DNA from: an uncultured Acidobacteriota bacterium
Lineage (GTDB): Bacteria > Acidobacteriota > Thermoanaerobaculia > Gp7-AA8
NCBI GenBank assembly: GCA_963822445.1
Contig: CAWGHO010000001.1
Span: 1,184,001-1,248,000 of the forward strand
Direction: 5' to 3'
Length of the DNA: 64,000 nucleotides
Numbering within the stretch: position 1 is the first letter of the stretch; each line of letters opens with the position of its first letter. The notes beneath the pieces are model-generated. The model was given only the letters and a program-made list of their open reading frames with translations, made no database searches and was not told the origin of the DNA. This document shows positions 10,172 through 20,900 of this stretch, one piece after another. The position numbers and the translations under genes were made by a program.

Positions 10172-10621
10172 ATGGACGTCGATAAAGAAAAGGTCTCCCA
10201 ACTGCTCAACAAGATCCTGGAAACGGAACTGGCCGGCGCCGTGCGGTACACCCATTACTCGCTGATGGTTTACGGCTACAACCGCATCCCCATCGTCTCC
10301 TGGCTGCGCGAGCAGGCCAACGAGTCGCTGATGCACGCCCAGGCCGCCGGCGAGATGATCACCTCTCTCGGCGATCACCCCTCCCTCGGCATCGGCCCGC
10401 TGCTCGAAACGCACAAGCACGACATCGGCGACATCCTCCGGGAGTCGCTCGAGCACGAGCGCGCGGGCATTGCGTCGTACCGGAACCTCCTCGCGGAAGT
10501 GGAAGGCAAGTCGGTGTGGCTCGAGGAGTACGCGCGGACGATGATCGCCCAGGAAGAGACGCACGCGTACGAAGTCGAGAAGATGCTGCGCAAGCCGGGC
10601 GAGTTGAAGACCAACGTATGA
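10172..10621 (+). CDS. Bacterioferritin-like / ferritin-like protein
   Basis: Di-iron ligand pattern: ETELAG..RY, E..H (ESLMHA), EHE, EETH. Confidence 0.85.
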   Translation: MDVDKEKVSQLLNKILETELAGAVRYTHYSLMVYGYNRIPIVSWLREQANESLMHAQAAGEMITSLGDHPSLGIGPLLETHKHDIGDILRESLEHERAGIASYRNLLAEVEGKSVWLEEYARTMIAQEETHAYEVEKMLRKPGELKTNV

Positions 10622-10625
10622 TCCG

Positions 10626-11681
10626 GTGATGCGTTTCCGGTCTCTCGCCGCTCTCCTGCTGATGGCGGCCGCGTCGTACGGCGCGCCGCCATCGCCTGCT
10701 CCGAAAAACATCATCCTGCTCATCGCCGACGGCGCGGGGCCGGTGCATTTCACGCTCGCCAAACAGAGGCGCGGCGCGGACTTCAACGTCGGCCGCATGC
10801 CGGTGGTCGGACTGGCCACCACGCACTCCCCCGAGCGCTACGTGACTGATTCCGCGTCGGCGGGCACGTCGATCGCGACCGGTGTGAAAGTGAACATCGG
10901 CGCGGTCAGCCTCAGCCCTGACGGGAAGCCGCTGACGACCGTGCTCGAGGCAGCCGAGCGGCGCGGAATGGTCACGGGCATCGTCACCACAGCGCAGTTC
11001 TGGGACGCGACGGCAGCTGCGTTTGCCGCGCACGCAAAGGAGCGTTACGAAGACGCGCCGTCGATCATCAGCCAGATGCTGCGCAGCGGCGCCGAAGTCA
11101 TCGCCGGTGCTGGGCTGAAAGCGATCAGCGAAGCGGCGCTGTCGCATGTCGGCGCGGACGCGAGGCAACAGGGCTACACCATCGTCAGCACGCGGCGGGA
11201 GCTCGAAGCGGCGCCCGCGATTGGCCGCGTCCTCGGCGTCTTTCCCGAGCAACCGCGCGACGTCGAGTTTCCCGACGCTCCGCTGCCGGTGCTCACGAAA
11301 TGGGCAATCGATCGCTTGAAAGGACACGCTGGCGGGTTCTTTCTGATGATCGAGAACGAAGGTACCGACAGCGCCAGCCATCAGAACTTTCTCCCCGACG
11401 TGCAGGCCAGTCTCAACTCCTTCGACCTCTCCGTCGGAGTCGCGCTCGACTTCGCGGCCGCATCCGGCAACACGCTGGTAGTCGTCACCGCCGACCACGA
11501 AACCGGCGGCCTGCGACTCAACGAGACCAAAGCCGGACGCCCGCGTCCGGAGTGGTCGACCACCGATCACACCGCGTCGGCCGTCCCCGTGTTCGCATTC
11601 GGTCCCGGCTCGGCGACGTTCGCCGGGTTTTACGACAACACGGATGTCGGGAAGAAGCTGTTGAGCTTCGTGAAGCCGTAG
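10626..11681 (+). CDS. Alkaline phosphatase
   Basis: NIILLIADG, VTDSAS (catalytic Ser), DAT.AAF.AH and VTADHETGG motifs; signal peptide. Confidence 0.9.
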   Translation: MMRFRSLAALLLMAAASYGAPPSPAPKNIILLIADGAGPVHFTLAKQRRGADFNVGRMPVVGLATTHSPERYVTDSASAGTSIATGVKVNIGAVSLSPDGKPLTTVLEAAERRGMVTGIVTTAQFWDATAAAFAAHAKERYEDAPSIISQMLRSGAEVIAGAGLKAISEAALSHVGADARQQGYTIVSTRRELEAAPAIGRVLGVFPEQPRDVEFPDAPLPVLTKWAIDRLKGHAGGFFLMIENEGTDSASHQNFLPDVQASLNSFDLSVGVALDFAAASGNTLVVVTADHETGGLRLNETKAGRPRPEWSTTDHTASAVPVFAFGPGSATFAGFYDNTDVGKKLLSFVKP

Positions 11682-11684
11682 CGG

Positions 11685-13283
11685 CTACGCGTGAATCGGC
11701 GTCGCGCCGCGCTGCGCGTCATGCGACGTACGCGCGTCCACGATCACCGGCAGCGTGACGATGAACGTCGCGCCGCGGCCGAGGCCGTCACTTTCGGCTT
11801 TGATGTCGCCGTGGTGGAGCTCGACGATGTGCCGCGCGATCGCCAGCCCGAGGCCCAGACCGCTGCGCTCGTTGGAATGCTCGGCCTGGCGGAGGCGGTC
11901 GAAGACGTACGGGAGAAACGACGGATCGATCCCCTCCCCTTCGTCCTTCACGCGGATCTTCAGCGTCCCGTTCTGCCGTTCAAGACGCAGATCGACGTGC
12001 TTGCCGGCGCCGGTGAACTTGATCGCGTTCGAGAGCAGATTGCCGATGACCTGCTGCATGCGGTTCGGATCGGCGGCGACCATCGTCGCGCGATCGTCGA
12101 GGTCCCAGGTCAGTTTCACGTCGCGTGCGGACGCGGCCGGCCGCGCCGTCGTGAGCGCGGCCTCGATGACATCGCCGATGCGGGTCGGCTTGAGATCGAC
12201 CTGGAACTTACCGAGGACCATGCGCGAGACGTCGAGCATGTCGTCGATGAGGCGGGCCTGGAGACGCGCGCTCGATTCGATGGTCTGCAGCGCTTCGTGT
12301 AACTCTTCGGGCTCGAAGTGTCCGGTGCGCAGGAACTGCACCCAGCCGAGGATGGAGGTCATGGGCGTGCGCAGCTCGTGGGAGAGCGTGGCCAGGAAGT
12401 TGTCCTTCGCCCGATTCTGAGCCTCGGCCTCCTGATACCGCCGCTCCGCCTCGGCTGCCTGCGCCGCGGCGCGCTTTTCAGTGACGTCGCGGAAGGTGAT
12501 TACTGATCCGAGGAGATCGCCGCTCTCCTCGCGCATCGGCGATGCGCAGAACTCGACCGGGAAACTCGTGCCGTCCGCGCGGAAGAACGTGTCCTGGATC
12601 TCGTCGTACGCCGAGTCGCCGTGCACGACCGCGTGCAGCCGGCAGCGTTTGACGTCGCAGGTCAGCACTCCCGGAAAGACGGGGTGAACCAGCGAGTGCA
12701 TGTCGTTGCCTTTGATCTCTTCGACGGTGCGGCCGATCATCCGCGCCGCCGCCGGATTGACGAACGTGGTCGAACCTTCCAGGCCTACGCCAAACACCCC
12801 TTCGGCCGCCGCGCGCAGGATCAGCTCGTTCTGCCTGATCAGCCGCGAGAGCTCGTGCGCCTGCCGCTTGAATGCCTCGCGTTTGCGGAACAGCTCCACG
12901 AACACGTTGACCTTCGAGCGAAGGATCTCCGGGTGGAAAGGCTTGAAGATGTAGTCGACCGCGCCGAGCTCGTAGCCGCGGAAGACGTTCGTCTCGCTGC
13001 GGCTGAGTGCGGTGAGAAAGATGATCGGCGTGTCGCGGGAGCGGTCGCGCTGGCGGATGAGATTCGCAGTCTCGAATCCGTCCAGATCGGGCATCTGCAC
13101 ATCAAGGAGCACGACCGCGAAGTCCATCTGCAGCAGGTGCTTGAGCGCCTTCGCTCCGGAATCGGCCTGAACGGTGTTCAACCCCAGGTCGCTCAGGATC
13201 GACTCCAGAGCGAGGAGGTTGTTCGGCTGGTCGTCGACCAGCAGGATGTTCACGCGTTCGTCGTTCCCTGGCAGCGGCGTCAT
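11685..13283 (-). CDS. Hybrid sensor histidine kinase (REC-PAS-HisKA-HATPase)
   Basis: ILLVDD...LLDVQMP receiver domain, PAS domain, SHELRTP H-box, NLLSNAIKF and GLGLGL. Confidence 0.92.
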   Translation of the reverse strand: MTPLPGNDERVNILLVDDQPNNLLALESILSDLGLNTVQADSGAKALKHLLQMDFAVVLLDVQMPDLDGFETANLIRQRDRSRDTPIIFLTALSRSETNVFRGYELGAVDYIFKPFHPEILRSKVNVFVELFRKREAFKRQAHELSRLIRQNELILRAAAEGVFGVGLEGSTTFVNPAAARMIGRTVEEIKGNDMHSLVHPVFPGVLTCDVKRCRLHAVVHGDSAYDEIQDTFFRADGTSFPVEFCASPMREESGDLLGSVITFRDVTEKRAAAQAAEAERRYQEAEAQNRAKDNFLATLSHELRTPMTSILGWVQFLRTGHFEPEELHEALQTIESSARLQARLIDDMLDVSRMVLGKFQVDLKPTRIGDVIEAALTTARPAASARDVKLTWDLDDRATMVAADPNRMQQVIGNLLSNAIKFTGAGKHVDLRLERQNGTLKIRVKDEGEGIDPSFLPYVFDRLRQAEHSNERSGLGLGLAIARHIVELHHGDIKAESDGLGRGATFIVTLPVIVDARTSHDAQRGATPIHA

Positions 13284-13389
13284 CGGCTGCTCCGGCAATC
13301 GACGGTGCACTGGAGATCCCGCGTCTTCGCGCGGGATAAATTGAACTGTTCGTCTGTCATTGAAGTTCCGTCATCGGCTGCTCCGGCAA
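13278..13389. repeat. 21-bp direct repeat flanking a 70-bp insert with a hairpin
   Basis: CGTCATCGGCTGCTCCGGCAA at 13278-13298 and 13369-13389; internal hairpin ATCCCGCG-N6-CGCGGGAT at 13316-13337. Confidence 0.85.
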
Positions 13390-13940
13390 AGCTCGACGAG
13401 GAAGGGCCCGATGCGTTCGAGAGGCAAAATCCGATCCACGCGACCGGCAGCAATGGCAGCCTCGGGCATGGCCGGCGATTCGGCCGTCTTGGGGTCCTGG
13501 GCAATCACGAATCCGCCGCGCTGCTTGATGCGTCCTGCGCCGCGCGTCCCGTCGCTGTTCGCGCCCGTCAGAATGACTCCGATCACCGACTGCCCATAGG
13601 CATCGGCGGCTGACTCGAACAGCACGTCGATCGACGGCCGGGAGTACGCCACGGCGGCATCGACGGAGAGACTGAGCTCGCCATGTTCCGCGGTGCGCTC
13701 GACGAGCAGGTGATAGTTCGCCGGCGCAAGATACACATGCCCCGGCTGCAACCACTGCTTGTCATCCGCATCGACGACGCTCAGCGACGAGTGACGCCGG
13801 AAGTACGCCGGCAACGCTTCGCTCGACGTTTTGTAGCGATGCTGCGCGACGACGATCGGCACGCAGAATTCCTTGGGAAGTGACTCGAGGATGATGTGCA
13901 ACGCGCGCATCCCGCCCATTGAGCAGCCGATGGCGATCAA
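13371..13940 (-). CDS. cheB: CheB-type methylesterase (catalytic domain only)
   Basis: IGCSMGG, VAQH, APANYHL, RPSIDVLFES, ILTGANSDG and AQDP..A...MP. The true start may be the ATG at 14025 (overlapping the cheR stop) with a 1-nt indel. Confidence 0.9.
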   Translation of the reverse strand: MIAIGCSMGGMRALHIILESLPKEFCVPIVVAQHRYKTSSEALPAYFRRHSSLSVVDADDKQWLQPGHVYLAPANYHLLVERTAEHGELSLSVDAAVAYSRPSIDVLFESAADAYGQSVIGVILTGANSDGTRGAGRIKQRGGFVIAQDPKTAESPAMPEAAIAAGRVDRILPLERIGPFLVELCRSSR

Positions 13941-14024
13941 TTCGTACGTGCGCAGTGCCTCGCGCGTGACCCGGCCGTCTCGCCAGGAGCGAATACCGGG
14001 AGGAGAGTTGCGGTGCGGCCGCCA

Positions 14025-14879
14025 TCACCTCACCCTCCGGTACAGCTTCTCTTCCGCGTCGACGACCTCGTAGCTGTCGGCCACGCCGGTGTATTTGATC
14101 GACTCCTTCTTGCCGAGGCCGAGGATGCCGAACATCTCCATCGACTGGAGGAAGAGCTCCTGCACGCGCTCCTGCAGGGCGTTGTTGAAGTAGATCAACA
14201 CGTTCCTGCAGAAGATGACGTTGAAGTGATTGAACGACGCGTCGGTCACGAGGTTGTGCTGCGCGAAGACCACGTTCTCGCGCAGTGACGGGCGGAAGAT
14301 CGCGTAGTCGTAGCGGGCGGTGTAGTAGTCGGAGAACGTTCCCGTACCGCCGCCGGTGATGTAGTTCGAGGTGTTCTCCTGCATCGTCGACAGCGGAAAG
14401 ATGCCGGACTTGGCTTTCTGCAGGACGGCCTCGTTGATGTCGGTCGCATAAATCCGGCACCGGTCGTAGAGGCCCTCTTCCTGGAGAAGAATGGCCATCG
14501 AGTAGACCTCTTCGCCGGTCGAACAGCCGGCGTGCCAGATCCGGACGAACGGATAGGTGCGGAGGATGGGGACGACCTTCGTGCGGAAGGCGAAGTAGAA
14601 GGTCGGGTCGCGGAACATCGCCGTCGTGTTGACGGAGAGGTCGAGAAGCAGGCGCTCCATGACTCCGGAGTCATGCAGCACTTTCTCGATGAGCCCCGAG
14701 ACGGTGCTCAGCCCCTCGGCATAAACGCGCTTCCAGATCCGGCGGCGCAGGGAGGGCAGGGAGTAATCGCGGAAGTCGAAGCCGTAGTGGCGGTAAATGC
14801 CCTCCGTCAGAAGGCGAACTTCGATCTCCTCCAGTTCCGCCCGGGTCTGTTCATCGTTGATGGCGGCGGGATTCGACAT
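14025..14879 (-). CDS. cheR: CheR-type protein-glutamate methyltransferase
   Basis: GFDFRDY, MFRDP, RIWHAGCSTGEEVYS, ATDI and IFCRNVLIYF. Confidence 0.95.
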   Translation of the reverse strand: MSNPAAINDEQTRAELEEIEVRLLTEGIYRHYGFDFRDYSLPSLRRRIWKRVYAEGLSTVSGLIEKVLHDSGVMERLLLDLSVNTTAMFRDPTFYFAFRTKVVPILRTYPFVRIWHAGCSTGEEVYSMAILLQEEGLYDRCRIYATDINEAVLQKAKSGIFPLSTMQENTSNYITGGGTGTFSDYYTARYDYAIFRPSLRENVVFAQHNLVTDASFNHFNVIFCRNVLIYFNNALQERVQELFLQSMEMFGILGLGKKESIKYTGVADSYEVVDAEEKLYRRVR

Positions 14880-14917
14880 GTTGCTTCACACTGCTACAGA
14901 GCAAACGGCAGGCCGTC

Positions 14918-14954
14918 CACGCGCGCGGCGGCGGGGGCCGCCGCCGCGCGCGTG
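14918..14954. terminator. Perfect 17-bp GC hairpin (terminator or RNA-stability element)
   Basis: CACGCGCGCGGCGGCGG-GGG-CCGCCGCCGCGCGCGTG, 4 nt downstream of the hybrid kinase stop; no U-tract. Confidence 0.55.
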
Positions 14955-14958
14955 AACC

Positions 14959-17900
14959 TTACCGGTACAACCAGACCCGGAGCAGGCTTACCAGCTGCTG
15001 CGCGTCAATCGGCTTGGTGATGTAGTCGCTCGCCCCTGCCTCCATGCACTTCTCGCGATCGCCCTTCATCGCTTTCGCGGTCAGCGCGATCATCGGCAGG
15101 TTCTTGTATTCGTCCATGCCCCGGATCCGGCGCATCGCTTCGTAGCCATCCATCTCCGGCATCATCACGTCCATCAGCACGACGTCGATGTCTGCGTTCT
15201 GATTCAGCGCGTCGATGCCTTCCTGGCCGCTCTCCGCGTACAGCACCTTCATCTTGTGGCGCTCGAGCAGCGATGTCAGCGCGTAGATGTTGCGCATGTC
15301 GTCGTCGACGATGAGCGCCTTCTTACCGGCCAGCACGGGATCGGACTCGTGCAGTTGCTCGAGCATCTTCCGCTTCTGCTCCGGCAGGTTTTCCTCGACG
15401 CGGTGCAGGAACAGCGCGGTCTCGTCGAGCAGGCGATCCGGCGAGCGGACGTCCTTGACGATGATCGCGTCGGCCATCCGCTTGAGCTCCGTCTCTTCCT
15501 TCCGCGACAGATCGCGGCCGGTGTAGACGACGATCGGCGTGTCGGTGAATTTCCAGCTCGGTCTTCATCCGGTTGATGAAGTCGAAGCCGTTCATGTCCG
15601 GCAGGCCGAGGTCAAGGACCATGCAGTCGAAGCGGCGCTCGCGCAGCAGCTGCAGCGCCTCCTCGCCCGTTCCGACGGCGGTGATCTCGACGTCGCCTTC
15701 GCCGATCAGCTCCACGATCGCGTTCCGCTGGGCTTCGTTGTCTTCAATGACCAGCAGCGACTTGTTCGGCCGCTCGAGGAAGCCCTGGATCTTCGCGAAC
15801 GCGTCGTCCAGCGCGTCTTTCGTGACCGGCTTCTGCATCTGCGCGAATGCGCCGAGGCGCAGGCCGCGCGCCGCCTTCTTCGTCGCGCGGAGATGATGTG
15901 CACCGGGATGTGCCGCGTGACCCGATCGTGCTTGAGACGATCGAGCACCGTCCACCCTTCCATGTCCGGCAGCTCGAATGTCGAGCGTGATGGCGTCGGG
16001 GCGGATAGCGCTCGGCAAGCTGCAATGCTGTTTCGCCGCGCGTCGCGACGATGCCTTTGAAGCCCTTCTCGTGCGCCATGTCGAGGAGGATTCGGGCAAA
16101 CGCGACGTCGTCTTCGACGATGAGCACCGTGCGATCGCCCTTCCACGATGTTGTCGCGATCGTCCGGCACCTGCTCTTCGATCGATGACCAGTTGCTCCT
16201 CACGTTCAGCGCCGCGCGCCTCGCGAGACTCGCGGTCCGGCGAGGTCTCGGCATTGAAGGTCGGGAACGTCAGCGGCAACGGGCGCTCGTCGGTGTTCCG
16301 GTCGCGGTCCCTATCACGGCGCGCGATCGGGGCCACATACGTCTGCGGCAGGTAGAGCGTGAACGTCGATCCGACGCCCTGCTCGGCTTTCCACGCGGAT
16401 CTCGCCGCCGAGCAGTCTCGCGATCTCGCGGCTGATCGACAGTCCCAGTCCGGTGCCGCCGAACTTGCGCGTCGTCGACGCGTCGGCCTGCTGGAAGGCC
16501 TCGAAGATGATCCGCTGCTTCTCTTCGGCGATGCCGATGCCCGTGTCGGTGACGCTGAACGCGACCACGCCCGGTGCACGGTCGAGCACGTCATGTCCGT
16601 GAGTCCAGCCCGACAGCGCCGTCTCCATCTTCAACGTCACGCCACCCTTTTCGGTGAACTTGAAGGCGTTGCCGAGGAGGTTCTTGAGCACCTGCTGCAG
16701 GCGCGTCGGATCGGTGTGGATGGTGTGAGGAAGGTTCTCGGACTGCTGGATGGTGAAGTCGAGATTCTTGTCGTTGGCGACCTGGCGGAAGGTCCGCTCG
16801 GTCAGCTCGCCGACCTCCCGGAACGCTACGTCCTGTAGCGCGACGGTCATCATTCCGCGACTCGATCTTCGACAGGTCGAGGATGTCGTTGATCAGCGTG
16901 AGCAGGTCCTGACCCGAGCCGTGAATCGTCTTCGCGAACTCGACCTGCTTCTCGGTGAGGTTCTGATCCGGGTTGTCCGACAGCAGCTTGGCCAGGATGA
17001 GCAGCGAGTTGAGCGGCGTGCGCAGCTCGTGGGACATGTTCGCCAGGAACTCGCTCTTGTACTTCGAGGTGAGCGCGAGCTGGCGGGCTTTCTCTTCGAG
17101 CTGCCGCTTGGCCTGTTCGACCTCGCGGTTCTTCTGCTCGACCTCTTCGTTCTGCGCGGTGAGGAGGCGGGCCTTCTCTTCGAGCTCTTCGTTCGTCTGC
17201 TGCAGTTCTTCCTGCTGTTGCTTGAGCAACTCTTCCGAGGCCTGCAGCGATTTGGCCTGGGACTCGAGACGCTTGTTGGTCTCGGTGAGCTCTTCCTGCT
17301 GCGTCTGCAGCTCTTCGGCGAGCGACTGCGACTGGACGAGCAGCTCTTCCGTCCGCATGTTCGCCTGGATGGTGTTGAGCACGACGCCGATCGACTCGGT
17401 GAGCTGATCGAGCAGCGACTGGTACGTCTCGGTGAACCGCTGGAAGGAGGCCAGCTCCATCACCGCCAGCACCTGGCCTTCGAAGACGATCGGCAGGACG
17501 ATGATGTTCAACGGCTTGGATTCGCCGAGGCCGGAGTTGATCTGCACGTAGTCTTCAGGCGCGTCCGTGATGAGAATGCGCTGCTTCTCGAACGCGGCCT
17601 GTCCGACCAGCGACTCGCCGATGCGGAACTCCTTGTTGAGATGCTTGCGCTCCTTGAACGCGTACGACGCCGCAAGCTTGAGGCGCGGCTCCGATCCGCT
17701 CGAATCCATGACGTAGAACACGCCGTGCGCGGCACTGACCACCGGCGCGAGCTCGCTGAGGATCATCTGCGAGACGTTGGTCAGGCTCTTCTGCCCCTGC
17801 ATCATCCGCGTGAACTTGGCGAGGTTCGTCTTGAGCCAGTCCTGCTCGGCGTTGCGCGACGTGGTCTCGCGCAGGTTGACGATCATCGAGTTGATGTTGT

Positions 17901-20900
17901 CTTTCAGGGCCGCGACTTCACCCTGCGCCTGCACGGTGATGTTCCGCGTCAGGTCGCCCTTGGTCACGGCCGTGGCGACGTCGGCGATGGCGCGCACCTG
18001 CGTGGTGAGATTCGCGGCGAGCTGGTTGACGTTGTCGGTGAGGTCTTTCCACGTTCCCGCGGCGCCCGGCACGTTTGCCTGACCGCCGAGGCGTCCTTCG
18101 ACACCGACCTCGCGCGCAACCGTGGTGACCTGATCGGCGAATGTAGCGAGCGTCTCGATCATGTCGTTGATCGTGTCGCCCAGCTCCGCGATCTCGCCTC
18201 GTGCTTCGACGGCGAGCTTCTGCTTCAGATTTCCTTTGGCGATCGCCGTCACGACCCGGGCGATACCGCGCACCTGACTGGTCAGGTTCGCGGCCATCAT
18301 GTTGACGTTGTCGGTGAGGTCCTTCCACGTGCCGGCCACGCCCTTGACCTGGGCCTGACCGCCGAGCTTCCCTTCCGTGCCGACTTCGCGAGCGACGCGC
18401 GTGACTTCCGAAGCGAAGGAGTTGAGCTGATCGACCATCGTGTTGATGGTGTCCTTCAGCTCGAGGATCTCGCCCTTGACGTCGACGGTGATCTTCTTCG
18501 ACAGATCGCCGTTCGCGACGGCCGTCGTCACCTGGGCGATGTTGCGCACCTGGTTGGTGAGGTTGGACGCCATCATGTTGACGTTGTCCGTCAAGTCTTT
18601 CCACGTACCGGAGACTCCCCTCACCTGGGCCTGACCGCCAAGCCGGCCTTCGGTACCGACCTCGCGGGCCACGCGCGTGACTTCCGAGGCGAAGGAGTTC
18701 AGCTGATCGACCATCGTGTTGATGGTGTTCTTCAGCTCGAGGATCTCGCCGCGCACATCGACGGTGATCTTCTTCGACAGATCACCGAGTGCGACGGCGG
18801 TAGTCACTTCGGCGATGTTGCGCACCTGCGCGGTGAGGTTCGAGGCCATGGAGTTGACCGAGTCGGTCAAGTCTTTCCACGTACCGGAGACGCCTTTGAC
18901 TTCGGCCTGACCGCCCAGCCGCCCTTCCGTGCCGACCTCGCGAGCAACGCGCGTGACCTCCGCCGCGAACGAGTTGAGCTGGTCGACCATCGTGTTGATG
19001 GTGATCTTCAGCTCGAGAATCTCGCCGCTGACTTCGACGGTGATCTTCTTCGACAGATCGCCGTTCGCGACGGCGGTGGTGACCTGGGCGATGTTGCGCA
19101 CCTGATTGGTCAGGTTCGACGCCATCATGTTGACGTTGTCGGTGAGGTCCTTCCAGGTACCGGCCACGCCTTTGACCTGCGCCTGGCCGCCCAGCTTTCC
19201 TTCGACGCCGACTTCGCGCGCGACGCGCGTGACTTCCGAGGCGAAGGAGTTGAGCTGATCCACCATCGAGTTGATGGTGTTCTTCAGCTCGAGGACCTCG
19301 CCTTTGACGTCGACGGTGATCTTCTTCGAGAGATCGCCGTTCGCGACGGCGGTTGTGACGTCGGCGATGCTGCGCACCTGCGCGGTGAGGTTCGCGGCCA
19401 TGTAGTTGACCGAGTCGGTCAAGTCTTTCCACGTGCCGGAGACTCCCTGCACGTCGGCCTGGCCGCCGAGCTTTCCTTCCGTACCGACTTCGCGCGCCAC
19501 GCGCGTGACTTCGGCAGCGAACGAGCGGAGCTGATCGACCATCGTGTTGATGGTGTTCTTCAGCTCGAGGATCTCGCCTTTGACCTCGACGGTGATCTTC
19601 TTCGACAGGTCGCCGTTTGCGACGGCCGTCGTGACCTCGGCGATGTTGCGCACCTGGCCGGTGAGGTTCGAGGCCATGTAGTTGACCGAGTCGGTCAGAT
19701 CCTTCCACGTGCCGGCGACGCCCTTCACTTCGGCCTGGCCGCCGAGCATGCCTTCCGTGCCGACCTCGCGCGACACGCGCGTGACTTCCGATGCGAAGGC
19801 CGAAAGCTGATCGACCATCGTGTTGATCGTTTCTTTGATCTGCAGGATCTCGCCGCGGACGTCGACCGTGATCTTGCGTGTCAGATCGCCGCTGGCGATT
19901 GCCGTCGCGACGCCGGAGACGTCACGCAACTGGACGGTGAGGTTTGAGGCCATGGAGTTGACCGAGTCGGTGAGGTCTTTCCACGTACCGGCGACGCCTT
20001 TGACCTCGGCCTGCACGCCGAGCTTCCCTTCCGTTCCGACTTCCCGCGCGACGCGCGTCACTTCGGCGGCGAAGGAGTTGAGCTGATCGACCATCGTGTT
20101 GATGGTGTTCTTCAGCTCGAGGATCTCGCCGCGCACTTCGACGGTGATCTTGCGCGACAGATCGCCGAGTGCGACGGCCGTCGTCACCTCGGCGATGTTT
20201 CGCACCTGCGCGGTCAGGTTGCCGGCCATGGCGTTGACCGAGTCGGTCAGGTCCTTCCACGTTCCTGCAACGCCAGGCACTTCTGCCTGACCGCCGAGCT
20301 GTCCTTCCGAGCCGACCTCGCGAGCGACGCGCGTGACTTCCGACGCGAACGCGCTGAGCTGATCGACCATCGTGTTGATGGTGTTCTTCAGCTCGAGGAT
20401 CTCGCCGCGGACATCGACGGTGATCTTCTTCGACAGATCGCCCATGGCGACGGCGGTGGTGACGTCGGCGATGTTTCGCACCTGCGCGGTGAGGTTGCCG
20501 GCCATCGAGTTGACCGAGTCGGTGAGGTCTTTCCACGTGCCGGCCACGCCTTTGACTTCGGCCTGGCCGCCCAGTTTTCCTTCCGTTCCGACTTCGCGGG
20601 CGACGCGCGTGACTTCCGAGGCGAAGGAGTTGAGCTGATCGACCATCGTATTGATGGTGTTCTTCAGCTCGAGGATCTCACCGCGGACTTCGACGGTGAT
20701 CTTCTTCGAGAGGTCGCCCATGGCGACCGCGGTCGTGACCTCAGCGATGTTGCGCACCTGGTTGGTGAGGTTCGAGGCCATCGCGTTGACCGAGTCGGTG
20801 AGGTCTTTCCACGTGCCTGCGACACCGGGCACTTCGGCCTGGCCGCCGAGGCGTCCTTCCGTGCCGACTTCGCGGGCGACGCGCGTGACTTCCGACGCGA

